Source: Lama glama
Lineage: Eukaryota
Assembly (NCBI GenBank): GCA_028534125.1
Contig: CM052816.1
Span: 16,866,001-16,930,000, forward strand
Reading direction: 5' to 3'
DNA length: 64,000 bases
Shown here: piece after piece, positions 35,601 to 49,334 of the stretch
Layout: the number at the start of each line of letters is the position of its first letter
Numbering within the stretch: the stretch's first letter is position 1
Notes under the pieces: model-generated
The model's input: only the letters and a program-made list of their open reading frames with translations
What the model was told of the DNA's origin: nothing
Databases searched by the model: none
Translations under genes and position numbers: made by a program

Positions 35601-38600
35601 ACAGCAAGCGCTCCCCATCATCTGAAGAGATACTGAGTGCCTTGTCACGGGAGGGGAGCATACTGCTTAGTAGGAATGTTTGTAGAGGAAATAGAAACAT
35701 TTAACGAACTGAGTGTTTTATGCGATTTTATCTGTATGATTTTGCAACACTTTGAAAGATTTAGTAGTGCTCTTACTTAAGCTGGAGAAAATTAGTAAAC
35801 AATCTTTGCTTAAGATTTTAGCCTTTTAGGTTTTTTACCCCAACTTAGACAATATTCATAAAGAGGAGACGGATAAAAGGTTTTTCCAACAATGCGAAAC
35901 TGGTTTTGGATCCAGATAGTGCTGGATTCAAATCTCAGTCATACTAGTGACTTTTGGCATCTTACTTAATTAATCCTCCATGCCACAGTTTCATTATCTG
36001 TGAAATGCAGATAATAGTATTTACTTTATGGGGATATTGAGGGAATTAAATGAGACCAGAATACATTTTAATGCATGATCTATATAGTATATATGTTTAC
36101 ATAGTCTGTGTAGTGTGAAAGATTTTCATCATAATCCATTTTGTTTTTCCTGAAGATGCCATTTCTTGATTCTCCCCAGCCCCTGTGCTTAAAAACAATG
36201 AATATTCCTTAATCCAAAAGGTATAATGCAGGTGAGAGGGGCGGGGGAAGAAATAAGCATATGGTGAGTGGGTGTAGAAAGGGCCACCAGAATCCTAAGC
36301 TGAATGACCACATTTAGGCCATGTTCATCTAATGAAGAAAACATTGAGTATGTTTTCGTTACACTTTTGTCCTGGTAATACTTGAGCAAGAAGGATGCGG
36401 AGAATGAAATTATTAAAGTTTTAATCAACTTATCTCTAGAATGTGGGAGGATTGTATGTTTTTACCTTAAATGTGCATTGTTTCTTTTTTTTTCACATGG
36501 AGAATTACAGCTGTGTTTTACGCTTTTGCAATACTAACATGTCAAAACTTCTCTTGAAGTAGAAAAAATATGAGTAATTGCACAGTATATTGCATTTATG
36601 TAGGAATTTAAAAACCTGGAGAAGGAAGGGAATGTCACATATTAAAGCCAAATATTTTTTATGATTTTTTCACTTTTTATTTATGCCAAATCTGTATTAC
36701 TCGGTCCACTTTGCAGATGGCGGAATTGAATACTCAGAGAAGCTTAGTAACTTCCCTACTAATGTCATGAAACCAGAAAATCAAGGAGTCAGAGTTTAAA
36801 TCCAAGTCCCTAACACTAAAGTCTATGCAACTTCCTACTACATTTGCAGAAACAATACAAGTTTCTGGGTGTGTTGGTTTTGTTTTTTAATTTTAATCCC
36901 CCCCCCAGCTTTTTATTTTTGAAAAAAAAAAGTTCTATGACTTTACTTAGTAAATAAATAAATAAACAAATATTAGGTTTTGGGGAATGAATAGGGAAAT
37001 AATTATTTTTTCTTACATCTTGAAATTAATTAATATGCTTCTTGAATTTGAACTTTAGTTGTCCACTTACATAAACTTGTCTCTTTTTTAGGAGGATGCC
37101 CAGGATATGGATGCTTACACACTGGCCAAGGCCTACTTTGACGTTAAAGAATATGATCGGGCAGCACATTTCCTGCATGGCTGCAATAGCAAGAAAGCCT
37201 ATTTCCTGTACATGTATTCTAGATATCTGGTGAGGGCCACTTTAAGATGTCATTCTGCCTTCAGTGAAGCATCCATATTTAGAACCCCAGTGGAAAAAGT
37301 TTAATCTTTTAAACAGCTTAGCAATAGTCTACTTGGTGAATGTACTTTATAAATACTTAATAATAAAGAAGATATCAGGCAAGAGTGGAGGAATAAATTG
37401 GGAGTTCGGGATTTGCAGATACTAACTACTATATATAAAATACATGAATGGCAAGGGCCTACTGTATAGCACAGGGAACTATTTTCAATACCTTGTAATA
37501 GCCTATAATAGACTATAATGAAAAATATGAAAAGGAGTATGTGTGTGTGTGTGTGTGTGTGTATATACATACATACATACATATATATATATATATAAAC
37601 TGAATCACTATGCTGTGCACCAGAAATTAACACAACATTGTAAAGTGATCATACTTCAGTTAAAAAAAAGAAGATACCATAAGTAAAGTTAAGAAAAAAT
37701 GATGGCATGAAAGAAAATATAAAAATATTGATAATGTTCATTATTGACAAAGTTGTGGGGTAGTAGACCCCATATTTTGGGAGTAAAAGTTCATACAGCC
37801 ATTTTGGAAGTCAATTTTGGCAGACTAGGTCAATTTGAAATACTGTGACCAAACAATTCTTTAAGAAACTGAACTGGTTCACCAATAGAAATACTTAAAT
37901 ATGTACACAAGGACATGTACAGTGCTGTTCAGTGAAGTATTTTTTTGTAGTAGCTAAAAAGAGTCAACAATCCAAATATTTGTTAGTCAAGAAATTCATT
38001 GTTAATTTTTGCCTGAAGTATTCTTTGATATGATGCTGCAAAATTATGATCTTCTACTCCAGCACTCTTTATATTTACTACTCTCCACTTGAGTAGTAAA
38101 TTCTGCTCTAAGCAAGAGCCTATCTTCCCCTTCTCTACTTATTTATGTATTTATCTAGTTATCAGTTTGGTCTCAAAGATTCCTATATTTTTAATTGTTT
38201 ATAATTCATTACTGTACTTAATCATTTTGGTACTCAAATTATTCCAGATTTGGCCAGTAGGATCCCCTGAGTAGGTATGTAAAATTAGTGACCAATAGTA
38301 GATGTCATTTTGGTTGGACTTGGGCCCTTTAGGTTGATCAGGCTGCTAGTTTTAGAACATGTTTCAAAATAAACTAAAAAAAGACCTATGTATTGATTTT
38401 CTCTTACAGTCTGGAGAAAAGAAGAAGGATGATGAAACAGTTGATAGTCTAGGTATGAATTTCTTTCTCTTACTTTTTGTACTAAAGCAGGGGTTGCAAA
38501 CTCAAATCCCTATAGGAGCTGGGCAGGTAATATAACATGGGAAGTGGACTGAGGAGGGTTCCACAGATTGGAGAGTACTGCTGGCTGGTTGTCACCCAGC

Positions 38601-41600
38601 TGCCTCGGAGGGCTACCTTGGAATGTGTGCCTGATGTTGTCAGGGGCTTTCTTCCCCTGGCACTACCCTGTTCTCCACATTTTTGGTTGAGGTTTCTGAT
38701 TTTTAAACATAGATAACTAATTCAACTTTTAAAAAACCTGTGTAAGCCTAATAAAATATGACTGCAGACCAGTTATCAGTTGCGGTTTTGGTAGTAAAGC
38801 AAATGGATTGTGTAAGATGTCACTGGCCGCTTTTGAGTGTTCACTGAAGTTCCAGGTATAACTTTGTTTGATACCACAAGGAGTATCTAGGTCTCTGAAA
38901 CGAAAAGCATCAGTCTTCCCTTACATCAGAAATTGTTTCTTTCCTAGGCCCCCTGGAGAAAGGACAAGTGAAAAATGAGGCTCTTAGAGAATTGAGAGTG
39001 GAGCTCAGCAAAAAACACCAGGCTCGGGAACTTGATGGATTTGGCCTTTATCTGTAAGCGTTACAATAATTTGGATCTTGTATAAGATATTCTAAGTAGT
39101 GGGGAGATGTTATTAACTTCTGTGATTGCTTCCTTCTTTCCTAGGTATGGTGTGGTGCTTCGAAAGCTGGACTTGGTGAAAGAGGCCATTGATGTATTTG
39201 TGGAGGCTACTCATGTTTTGCCTTTGCACTGGGGAGCCTGGCTAGAACTCTGTAACTTGATTACAGACAAGGAGATGGTAAATTGAGATGAGCTATGTGA
39301 AAATTTTTCTACTCCAAGCCTTATGTAATTTTTTAATAATGGGGTCAGGGGAGAAAGAGTTTTGCTGAACCTCTCCTTATAGCTAGCTCTTGGCTCTTTC
39401 TCTGGTCTCTTTCACTGTTGAGATTTAGGTCTTTATTTGAAAGAGTAATGTCTAGCTCTTATTCGATAGTTGCTGTTTGATTTGCATCCGGCTATATCAG
39501 AATATCTTTTTATATTCATGTTTTCACATTCAAGTTTTTATAATTTGTTTTATAGACTTAAGTGCTATTAAAATTTCTCTCCTAATTCCAAAGTTGCTAT
39601 AGGAAAGGTTTCTCTGATATCAAAGATTGTATTAAAAAATGTTTTTAAGGTGTCTTCTGAGCTGCCATAGGACTCTGTAAAGATTTAGAAATTTGTTAAT
39701 TAATGAAATAATGTATATGAGTTTGCTTTATAAACGCCAGTCATTTTATTAGTCATTGTTAGAGGCCATTGTCTGCAGAGTTTATTTTGCTGTTCTTCAA
39801 TAATTAATAGACACAACACACTTTCTTTTGTTGGCTTTAAAGAACCAAAGACTGGTTGATTTCCCCCAGTAATGATACATGCTACTGAATCTGTGTCTGA
39901 AATCTTAACTTCAGTTTATTTGTGTTCACCTATCTCTAGGTGCCTACTAGACTTTCATTGAAAGTTTGTTTTATCTCTGAACTCAAAATATGCAAAACTT
40001 AGTTTCTTATCTTGCCTACCAAATTCTCTTTTCCTCTCATCTTGATGAACTCTCATTAGTATCACTGTTTCTCAAGACACCCAGTCTTGATGCCTCAGAG
40101 GTATATTTTGTCTCTTCTTTTTCTCTTATCTCCCTTTATCTACTCAGTTATCGGACATTGCCATGATTTCCTTCTTATCTGCATCTCTTTTCTTGGTTTC
40201 CTTTGCCATCTTGGTTATCATCTCAAATTTGGATTACTTATAAGTAATAGACAGTTTCTATCTGGCTTTTCCATTTTTATACTCCCGTTTCCAAGCCATC
40301 CTGCATATTGTTTCCAAACTTATTCTTAGAGCAGTCATTTCACTGTGTCGTTCTCTTGTCAAAAATTGCAGTGGTTTCCTATTGTATCCCACATCCTGTT
40401 GTACCATAGGACCCATCCTATCAGTCTTATTTTTCCTCACTTCCCAGCACATAGTCTCCTCTCAAACCAAGCTAGTTGCCTCATCCTAGTCACTCATACT
40501 CATCATGACTGTTTTTCCTCTATGTTGTTACCCTTGCCTAGAATGTTGTCTTTTTTCTCTTCCCCTCCCTTTTTCTATTCAATTTCTACCCATCCTCCAA
40601 GGCTCATTTCAAATTCTCTTTTCTTTGAGGCTTTTCAAATTAGACCATTCTTCCCTATTATGCTTGTAAGTCCTACTCACTTAATTGAACTACCCTGTGT
40701 TCATTATTAGGTGCTGTAATAAAATTTTGGTGATAAATTCTTTTAGACAATAAAGATAGTTCCTTGGATGTTCATTTGGGAGAGAGGTCAAAGTGTATTA
40801 AGTGTGTCCCTCTCTCTCCTGCTGCCAGCTGAAGTTCCTGTCTTTGCCAGACACCTGGATGAAAGAGTTTTTTCTGGCTCATATATACACAGAGTTGCAG
40901 TTGATAGAGGAGGCCCTGCAAAAGTATCAGAATCTCATTGATGTGGGCTTCTCTAAGAGCTCATATATTGTTTCCCAAATTGCAGTTGCCTATCACAATA
41001 TCAGAGGTGAGTGAATAAGGACAATGAAATACCTTCAGACTCTGAAGGTAGCACTGTGTTGTTTTCTGAACTCTATCTTCTTTCTGCAGATATTGACAAA
41101 GCCCTCTCTATTTTTAATGAGCTAAGGAAACAAGACCCTTACAGGATTGAAAATATGGACACATTCTCCAACCTTCTTTATGTCAGGGTGAGCTGCTGCC
41201 CTTGCTTGAACTTGATTAAGCTCTTTTGTGCTTTAATCTCCTGGGTTGGATTGTCACCTAGTAGCATTAGCTACAAGAAAAATAATACAGGGGTTCCTTT
41301 TTCATATTTAGATTGTCTTTCTTTTCTTTCAGAGCATGAAGTCTGAGTTGAGTTACCTGGCTCACAACCTCTGTGAGATTGATAAATATCGTGTAGAAAC
41401 ATGCTGTGTAATTGGTAAGAGTCATTACTTCTTAAAAGATTTATCTTTATTGTAAGTAATACAGATGTAAAAATAACAACAAAAGAAAAATTTCAAAGAT
41501 AAGAAAATTGTATATAATAGAATATGAAAGCTCACTGTAACCCCACTCCCAAGAGTGCTTGGTGAGTGTGACTCTAGAATATTCTGTGAATACTGAAAAT

Positions 41601-41609
41601 GTGTGGTGC

Positions 41610-41641
<32 letters not shown>

Positions 41642-44600
41642 AGGGTTTGCTTGCAAAAACTTATCAGTGTACATGCTGCTTTGTAACTTCCTTTTTTTAA
41701 ACTTAACAATGTATCTTTTCATGTTAGTACATCCAGAGTTGTATTATTTTTGATGGCTATTTAGTATTTTATTATATAGATGTGCCATTGTTTATTTTTA
41801 ATCATTTTCTATTATGTAAGTTTTAGCTAGTCTTAATATAAAAATTGTGTCAGGAAACATCTTTGTATGTGTACATTTATTTTTGCATGTTTTTGTAACT
41901 GTTTCTGTGTCAGAAGTTCCTAGCAGTGTAAGGCTGGGTCAGAAGTGTGTATATTTTAAACTTCAATATTACCTAAATGTTTGTAAGAATTTCCAATCCT
42001 ATGAAAAGAGGTGAGTGTACCTGTTTCTCTGTATTAGTGTGTCTCAGTCTTGGTACTGTTGAAATTTTGGGCTGATAATTTTTTTTGTCTAGGGCTGTCC
42101 TATACATTGCAGGGTGTTGGCGGTATCCTTAGCCTCTATCCATTCGATGCCAGTAACCCCTTTCTCCCAGTTGTGACAACCAGAAATGTTTTCAGATACA
42201 ACCAGATAACCTCTTGGGGTCAGAATCATCCCTGGTTGAGAACCATGGCCCAGTGTACTTGGCCACACTAGTAAAGCCTGGTAATTAGTCAACACAAACA
42301 GATGAATAAAAGTAAGCTTGGTTGGTTGTTATTGAAAGCCTGGGTTCCCTGGAGATGAAAGACCGTATTCCTGGGTCTTTGGTGACACTGCATTTAGATC
42401 ATACATTTGTACTTTTCTAGGTCAGGATGTTGTTAATAAACTGATAGAAATTCTTTTTTTTTTGTTTTGTTTTATTTTGTTTTTAATTGAAGTACAGTTG
42501 ACCTGCTACAATGCTGTACCAGTTTCTGTAGTACAGCATAGAGAGAATTTCAATTCAATCATTCAGTAAATTTTTCTAGCCCTTGAGGAATTTGTAGTCT
42601 AGTGTAGGAAATAAACAAACTAGTATAGTGTGGGAAACTAGTGTGGGAAATAAACAAACTAGTAAGTCCTAAGGGAACATAGGTAGGAGGAACAAATGGT
42701 CTTTTCAGTATCAGAGTGTTATGAATGAAGTATAATATAATGTCCGTTAAGATGAGGATGGAACTCTACTTTATTCAGAAAACATCTTTTGAGCATCTGA
42801 GTGCCAGGCATTGTGCTTTGTATTGCAATACCTACCCTGATTACTACCGAGGAAGACCAATAAGAAACAACTATAATACAGTGGGTTGAGTGTTATCGTT
42901 TAGAGAAACATAGGATGCTATGAGAGTACATAGGAAAGGTATCTAATCCAGTCTGATTAGGGAAGACTTCTTGAGAAGGTGGTGCTTGAAGGATGTGAAG
43001 TGAAAGTTCAGTAAGGGAGGAGAAGAATTGGCTTGGGAAGGGCATTGCAGTGCACAGGCTTTGAAGTGTGAGACACATCATGCTTGAAATAGTTCAGTGT
43101 CCTGAAGCATGGTGTGGGAGGTGGCAATGTACAAAAGGGGCCAGATCTTGAAGAGCCTTTTATGCCTTGCTAAAAGTTTGGATTTTATTCTTAAGGCAGT
43201 AGCAGTCTTCTGAAGGATTTCAAACCAGACAGTGATAAATGTTTTCAGGTTTTCATTTTCAAATGATAGCAGAAGACGGTGTACTGGAAGGATTACAAAA
43301 AGGCAAGACTAGAGGCAGGGAGACCTTCTAAAAAACTTAAGCAATAATCCGTTCTAGGGTAGATGAGAGCCCAAGCGGAAGTATTGGCAGGTGGAATGGA
43401 GAGAGGCTATTGTACTTAGAAGATATTTAGGAAGTAGAACAAGCAGGAATTGGTGACTGGGTAACCAGATTGATAACAGTGTCCTTTACTTGAAGAAAGG
43501 AAACAGAAGGAGGGGAGATAATGAACTGTTCTTTTTTTCAGCCTATTAACTTAAAGCCAGTTAAAATCAAAGAATACGTATACATGAAATGTAATGATTA
43601 GGAGTGCCTTTTTTTCTTTTAATAATTATTTAATTTGTAAACTTCTTAATGAACTGTATTTTTTCCCCAGTAAACTTGTAATGCCTAGCAAAGTTCCTGA
43701 TATATGATCAATAAATGTTTGTTGAATTAAGCTCACCAACCTTAAAAATTATGAATAAGGAACCTTAGGTATGACAAAAAGTATACTTCAGCTTTCATAT
43801 TATAGCCAGTTCAGAGGAAGTGAAAAGAGAAAGAAGGATGGAGAGAAGAAAAGAAACTGAAGACCCGAGAGAGAATGACATAGTAGAGTGATGGTGATGG
43901 CAAGAATCTCCTACTTGTTTAGTCCTTGCTTCTGCTTTTATGTCGTGATGTGAATTGATCGCTTCTTTCTGCATCTTTTATGGAGTCTCAGTCTCTGAGA
44001 GACAGTGTTACAAAACACAGCGTATACTGCAGTACAGCATAGTTAAGATTTGGACTCTGGAACCAAACTGCCTGAGTTTAAATCTTGATTTTGCTACTAA
44101 CTAGATGTGTGACCTTGAACTCAATTTCTCTGTGCTGTAGTTTCCTCATCCATAAGGGGATAATAACAGTTGAACCTTCTCTCCTGTGTGTGAGGATTAA
44201 GTAAATTAATACATATACAAGCACTTATAACAATGTAAGTTGCCCACCACATTGTAATCATTCAATACATTTTAACTGTTCCGATTGGTCAAAAAAATTT
44301 TTTTTGAAGTAACATATGTATAAGGATATTTATTGTCATAGTTACAATAGCAAAAGATTTGAAACCACATGAATGTTCAATACAAAAAATCTTATCTACT
44401 TTATCTTTGCCCAAAACTTGCCTGTTCTGACTTCCTTAACATCTCCTTTGTCATCCTGACTCTTTTTGCATCTTAGGTACCCTTGCTACCACTACTACAT
44501 TTCTCCTATTATACACAAAAGTTAACCTTTGGTCACTGCCTAGAGTCTGTTTCTTCTCCTGTCTCTGGGTCCGAGTCAGTGGTAGAAGGAAGGCTATCCT

Positions 44601-47600
44601 TGTATAGGACATAAAGCCCTCCACCTTGCTTTTTTTCCCAGGTGAACTTGAATGATCATAAATGATCAGTTACAGGATATAAACAACTGTTATAAATGAT
44701 TTCTCCTGAATCAAACTGATGGCTGAATCTAGATAGATTGAAAAAGATAAAAACAATAGATATATAGAAGTTTTATTACTTGTTTTTTACCAAAACAGAA
44801 TCATATTATATATATATTTAATTGCTCTGTGATTTGCTTTTTTCATTTGGCAGTATGTCATGATCTCTGTAAGTCTGTATACACATCTAAATCCATTTTT
44901 TAATCTAGTTTATGCTCGTATAATTTATACATAAAGGAGATTTTTTTAAAGTACAGGGTTGTTTTTTTTTTTACTTGCTACACCCTCTCTCCTTTAAAGT
45001 ACTTGTGTTAGCGTGTTTCATGCTACGTAAAAATATTTATACGCATATGGGGGGTTTAGTGGGCAATTTGCTTACAAAAATAGGGTCATATTATATACAT
45101 TTCTCTGCATTTTACTTTTGTCATTCAACAATATCTTGTGAAAAATCCCTCCAAGTCTTGGTATAGGTCTAATTTTTTTCTTTTTTAAAAAGATGTGGTA
45201 TAGTCAATTTACTATATTATATTAGTTTCAGGTATACATATATATGTTTTGTTTGTTTGTTTTTCAATCAGGCAATTATTATAGTTTGCGTTCTCAGCAC
45301 GAGAAGGCAGCCCTGTATTTCCAGAGAGCCCTGAAATTAAATCCTCGGTACCTTGGGGCCTGGACACTGATGGGACATGAGTACATGGAAATGAAGAACA
45401 CATCTGCTGCTATTCAGGCTTATAGGTGAGCTTTTAGTTGGAGGGTGAGATGGAGCAGATTGGTGTGATGTTAGAAGCCTCTATTGAGCCTGCAAGTTGC
45501 TAACTTTGATTCTGCCCTCTTAACAGTCTTTTGTTTATTTCATAGGCATGCCATTGAGGTCAATAAGCGGGACTACAGAGCCTGGTATGGCCTTGGGCAG
45601 ACCTATGAAATCCTTAAGATGCCATTTTATTGTCTTTATTATTATAGACGGGCCCACCAGCTTCGGTAAGTCTGGCTACTCAATGATGTGTTTGTTGTGG
45701 GAAGGGCTGATACTTTTCTTTCTCTTTTTGATAGCTAGTGAACAATCACAGTGAATGGTTTTGACTCTTAGAGACCTGAGTTTTAAACTTGCCATATGCT
45801 GTTTGGTCATTTTTATGTAGTGTATTCTAATGGGTTAGTAGTATAATTATGAATACAAAATATAATTATATGAAGTAGTGAACTAAAGCCCTTTCTTGTC
45901 ATAGAATTGACATAGTGGTGGTGGTGGTTCCTCGAGGGAGGACTTTAGTTCTCTATAAAGTCTTTGCTCAGACTTTCTGTTCTTCTTCTCTCTCAGGCCC
46001 AATGATTCCCGTATGCTAGTCGCTTTAGGAGAATGTTATGAGAAACTCAATCAACTAGTGGAAGCCAAAAAGGTACCTGAAATTGGGTCCTAGAGACTTT
46101 GAGAGGAAATCTGCTGTTTAGATGAGGGGTTGGGCTGTGTTTCATTTTCCTTCATTCTGATCTGTCTACAAAGGGAAGTCTGAATATTTATAGATGCATA
46201 GGTGATATAAAGTACAGTGGGACAGACATCATCAGTGGGAATGTTAGTAGGTAGCTTGTATTTATCAATCAACTCTAGTAAAAATGCTTTATATTCTGCA
46301 ATTCTGAACATTTGGGAGGCTTGCAGGACCTAAGCCTCTGTGATTAGTCATGGCACATGGGGCAGTGGTTGAAGTGACCAGTTTTTTGGGTTTTTTTGAC
46401 AGTGTTATTGGAGAGCTTACGCCGTGGGAGATGTGGAGAAAATGGCTCTGGTGAAACTGGCAAAGTGAGTGAAAGAGTGAAATGCTATTGATATTTCTGT
46501 AGACTTCTCTGGTATGGCAGATCCTGCATGTTCTAGAGGCATCCTACATGAATATAGGGATGTAGCATGGTGTATGAGTACTGATCTGGAAATTTAGCCA
46601 TGTTGACTTGAGAGAATGCAACTTCTCTTTGAGAGGGAATTGCTTTCCTGTCAGGCAAGGGATTGAAAATGAATTGAAAGAAATGAAGTGAAAATTTTAG
46701 GTCAGAGCAGTCTAGGAAGACTACTTTAGGTATTGATCTTTTCCTGATAAGGCCTGGGAAAATAAAGAGTAAGTCAGAAATAGGGAAAGTGGTTCTTAAA
46801 TGCAGTTTTATTTCTGCTGGTTCTTTTCTTCATTCTTATAAATAATCTGAATTGCTTGGTATCTTTTCTTAATCTCACTCATGGTATTAACAGGGAATTT
46901 TTGCAATGGTGTATTATCCAACTTCAGTAATTTACTGACTTTCCCTCCTTCACCAGTAGCAGAGTAATCATTCTAAGCTTTGATGAAGTAACTATCACCT
47001 CTATGCACTAATATTATTCTGGGTCCCAGTGTGCCGTTTTACTTGTCTGTGCGTTGTCATTTTTTTGTCTTAATTGTGTGCTTTTATTTTTTTAACCACT
47101 AGCTTGCTTTGAGTTCTGATTTGTACTTAAAGACCAATTTCTTTTGTAGGCTTCATGAACAGTTGACTGAGTCAGAACAGGCAGCCCAGTGTTACATCAA
47201 ATACATCCAGGATATCTATTCGTGTGGGGTATGTGTCATGAGCATGAGAATTGGGTTGCTAATCTTACTCTTATCACCTCAGTCATTCCTGTTTTCCTTA
47301 TCTAGGAAATAGTGGAACACTTAGAGGAGAGCACTGCTTTCCGCTATCTGGCCCAGTACTATTTTAAGTGCAAGCTGTGGGATGAAGCTTCAACTTGTGC
47401 CCAAAAGTGTTGTGCATTCAATGATGTGAGTATCAGTTCTTTAATCAAAGGTTTGGATTTTAGGTTCAAACACGTGATCTTTACTATGATCTGGGGGTGG
47501 AAGGTGGATAAGGAGGTAAGTGGAAAGCCTACCTTGTTCTTTGGGATTTTATACGGCAGTGTTTTAGAACCAGTTGTTGAGAACAGCCTTGGACATACTT

Positions 47601-47798
47601 TGATACATTTGTCTGACTTTGTTTCAGACCCGAGAAGAAGGTAAGGCCTTGCTCCGGCAAATCCTACAGCTTCGAAACCAAGGCGAGACTCCCTCCACAG
47701 AGATGCCTGCTCCCTTTTTCCTCCCTGCTTCACTGTCTGCTAACAACACTCCCACACGCAGAGTTTCTCCACTCAACCTGTCTTCAGTCACACCATAG
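35268..47798 (+). CDS. CDC23: Cell division cycle 23 / APC8, TPR subunit of the anaphase-promoting complex, complete, 597 aa. Exons: 35268-35428, 35514-35586, 37092-37229, 38410-38452, 38948-39053, 39145-39277, 40829-41006, 41090-41187, 41333-41414, 45272-45425, 45546-45665, 45997-46072, 46403-46464, 47150-47228, 47306-47425, 47628-47798
   Basis: Exon lengths sum to 1794 nt (597 codons plus TAG) with GT..AG introns. Recognisable peptides include [86 protein letters not shown] and [14 protein letters not shown], ending [11 protein letters not shown]. Confidence 0.98.
37378..37666 (+). mobile_element. 5'-truncated cetartiodactyl-type L1 3' end with internal (TG)n/(TACA)n/(TA)n microsatellite
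   Basis: The sequence reads 'ctactgtatagcacagggaactat...aactgaatcactatgctgtgcaccagaaattaacacaacattgtaaa'. The TSD AAAGAAGATA(T/C)CA lies at 37365-37377 and 37667-37679, and the microsatellite at 37540-37597. Confidence 0.85.
38488..38790 (+). mobile_element. MER45-like hAT (Tip100) DNA transposon remnant
   Basis: It begins 'caggggttgcaaactcaaatccctatagg..ggcaggtaa'. The 3' boundary is approximate. Confidence 0.55.
41606..41641. repeat. (TG)n(CG)n alternating purine-pyrimidine microsatellite
   Basis: It is read directly from the sequence in CDC23 intron 9. Confidence 0.9.
42035..42250 (-). mobile_element. MER20-like DNA transposon
   Basis: It is the reverse complement of the 27562 element ('gggctgtcct...gatgccagta...gttgtgacaacc...ggttgagaacca'). 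Confidence 0.75.
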
Positions 47799-49060
47799 TT
47801 GGCTACTTTCAAGCCAGCACATTGCCAGACTCATATTAAGCCTTACCTTCATGTAAAGAACAGCCACATCTATTCTTCCAAGGACCTCAGTTCTTTTTGT
47901 TTGTACAAAAGGAACAGCTCCTTGGGGACAGTTTATAGAATCACTTTCAGAGTAGACTGACAGAAGAATCCTGGCAGGAAACAGACACTGTCTTTTGCCA
48001 GTTTGAAGCACTTCTATCTCCCTTCTGTTCAGAGTGGCTACAGATCTTGGCCTTTTACCCAGACCTTCCCCTGCCCCCAAATCCCTTTAACAGCACTTTA
48101 GCACAGGCAGTGCTACAGGAATAAAGTTTTAATGCTGCTGGGAGCAGATTTCCTTAGTGAGGCAAAAAAGGAAGGGAGAAAATTTGGCCCCCTCTACCCT
48201 CTGCTGGCAGTAGGGCACTGGATACCCTAGGAAGGTCAAGGCACTGGATAGACATGACTCATCCTTTTTTTATTTGCTGAGCATGACTATTCTGATGTCA
48301 GAGATTAGGTTTAAATGGAGTGAAGCTGTATATTTGTTCTTACTAGGGAGCCATTCTTCCAAAACATGGTTTTGAGGAGTCTCCTAGAAGCTTTCAAGTT
48401 GTAAGTAATTTACTGGAGTTGAAGGGGCAAAAAGAATCTCAGAGCATGGAGCTGCTGATGGCCCCTACTAAGGGGAAAAGATGTCTGTAGAGTTAGCTGT
48501 ACCCTTACTAAAACAAAGTAAGAAAGTTTCACGGACTTTTGGGAGTGATAACTTTTGTGACTGACTGTACAAATAAGAATAAACTCTTCAAGTTGTTCTG
48601 TTTTAATAAATATTTTTGATGTAATTATGTTTTTTTTTTTAACTCCTCTCTCCAACAGAATTTTTTTTTCCCAGCCTTCACCTATTAGGCAAGGTAAAGG
48701 GAATCAGTCTTGCTTTGCTTTCAGACAGTTTCAGGCCTGTACATGTGTATTCAGTAGGAGGTAATATGCTATGACTATAGTATCTACTGTAATGAATTTG
48801 TACAGTAGATGCTATGGGTTATTCTGAACTCAGGACCCACCCTTCTTTAATTCTTGTTCCAAAACAAGTTTGTTACCCATTCACCTGCTAATACATGACA
48901 CTTCATTTTATATTAAGGAAGGTTTAGAATATCTAATGGCCCTTGAATTCATTTCTTACCAAGCTTTTCTTTACTTTCTTTATGGTTACGTCATGCCTGT
49001 GCAAAGTTCCCAGGGGCCTGAATGCTATTTTAATTTTCAAAATATCTGCCCCTTTTATAA

Positions 49061-49122
49061 TTTATTTTAGTGATTATGCTAAATTTGGAATTCAAATAAA
49101 AAATGTGAATAATATCTTTATT
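49061..49122. terminator. Interdigitated poly(A) signals: AATAAA on + (49095-49100, distal CDC23) and on - (49117-49122 and 49061-49066, KIF20A)
   Basis: The hexamers are read directly from the sequence between the convergent stop codons (47798 and 49335). Confidence 0.7.
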
Positions 49123-49334
49123 TAATATAACATTTTTGTGTGCATAGAAAACATATAAGTAAGAAAGCATAAGATTACATAGGTGATTATATTACAAAAG
49201 GGGGGAAAAAAACTAGTGTTTGCATATTGCATTCTAGATAGTTCCAGGTATATATGTGGTAAAGCTTAAAAGAGACCTGTTTCTTAAGCTGAGCAGCTGA
49301 TCCACATCAGGGCAATGACTGCTCTCTCCTTCTC

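Noticed and set aside
40087..40710. Hydrophobic ORFs of 80 and 121 aa in CDC23 intron 6
   Set aside because: The pyrimidine-rich sequence resembles a decayed L2 element, which yields Phe/Leu/Ser-rich spurious ORFs.
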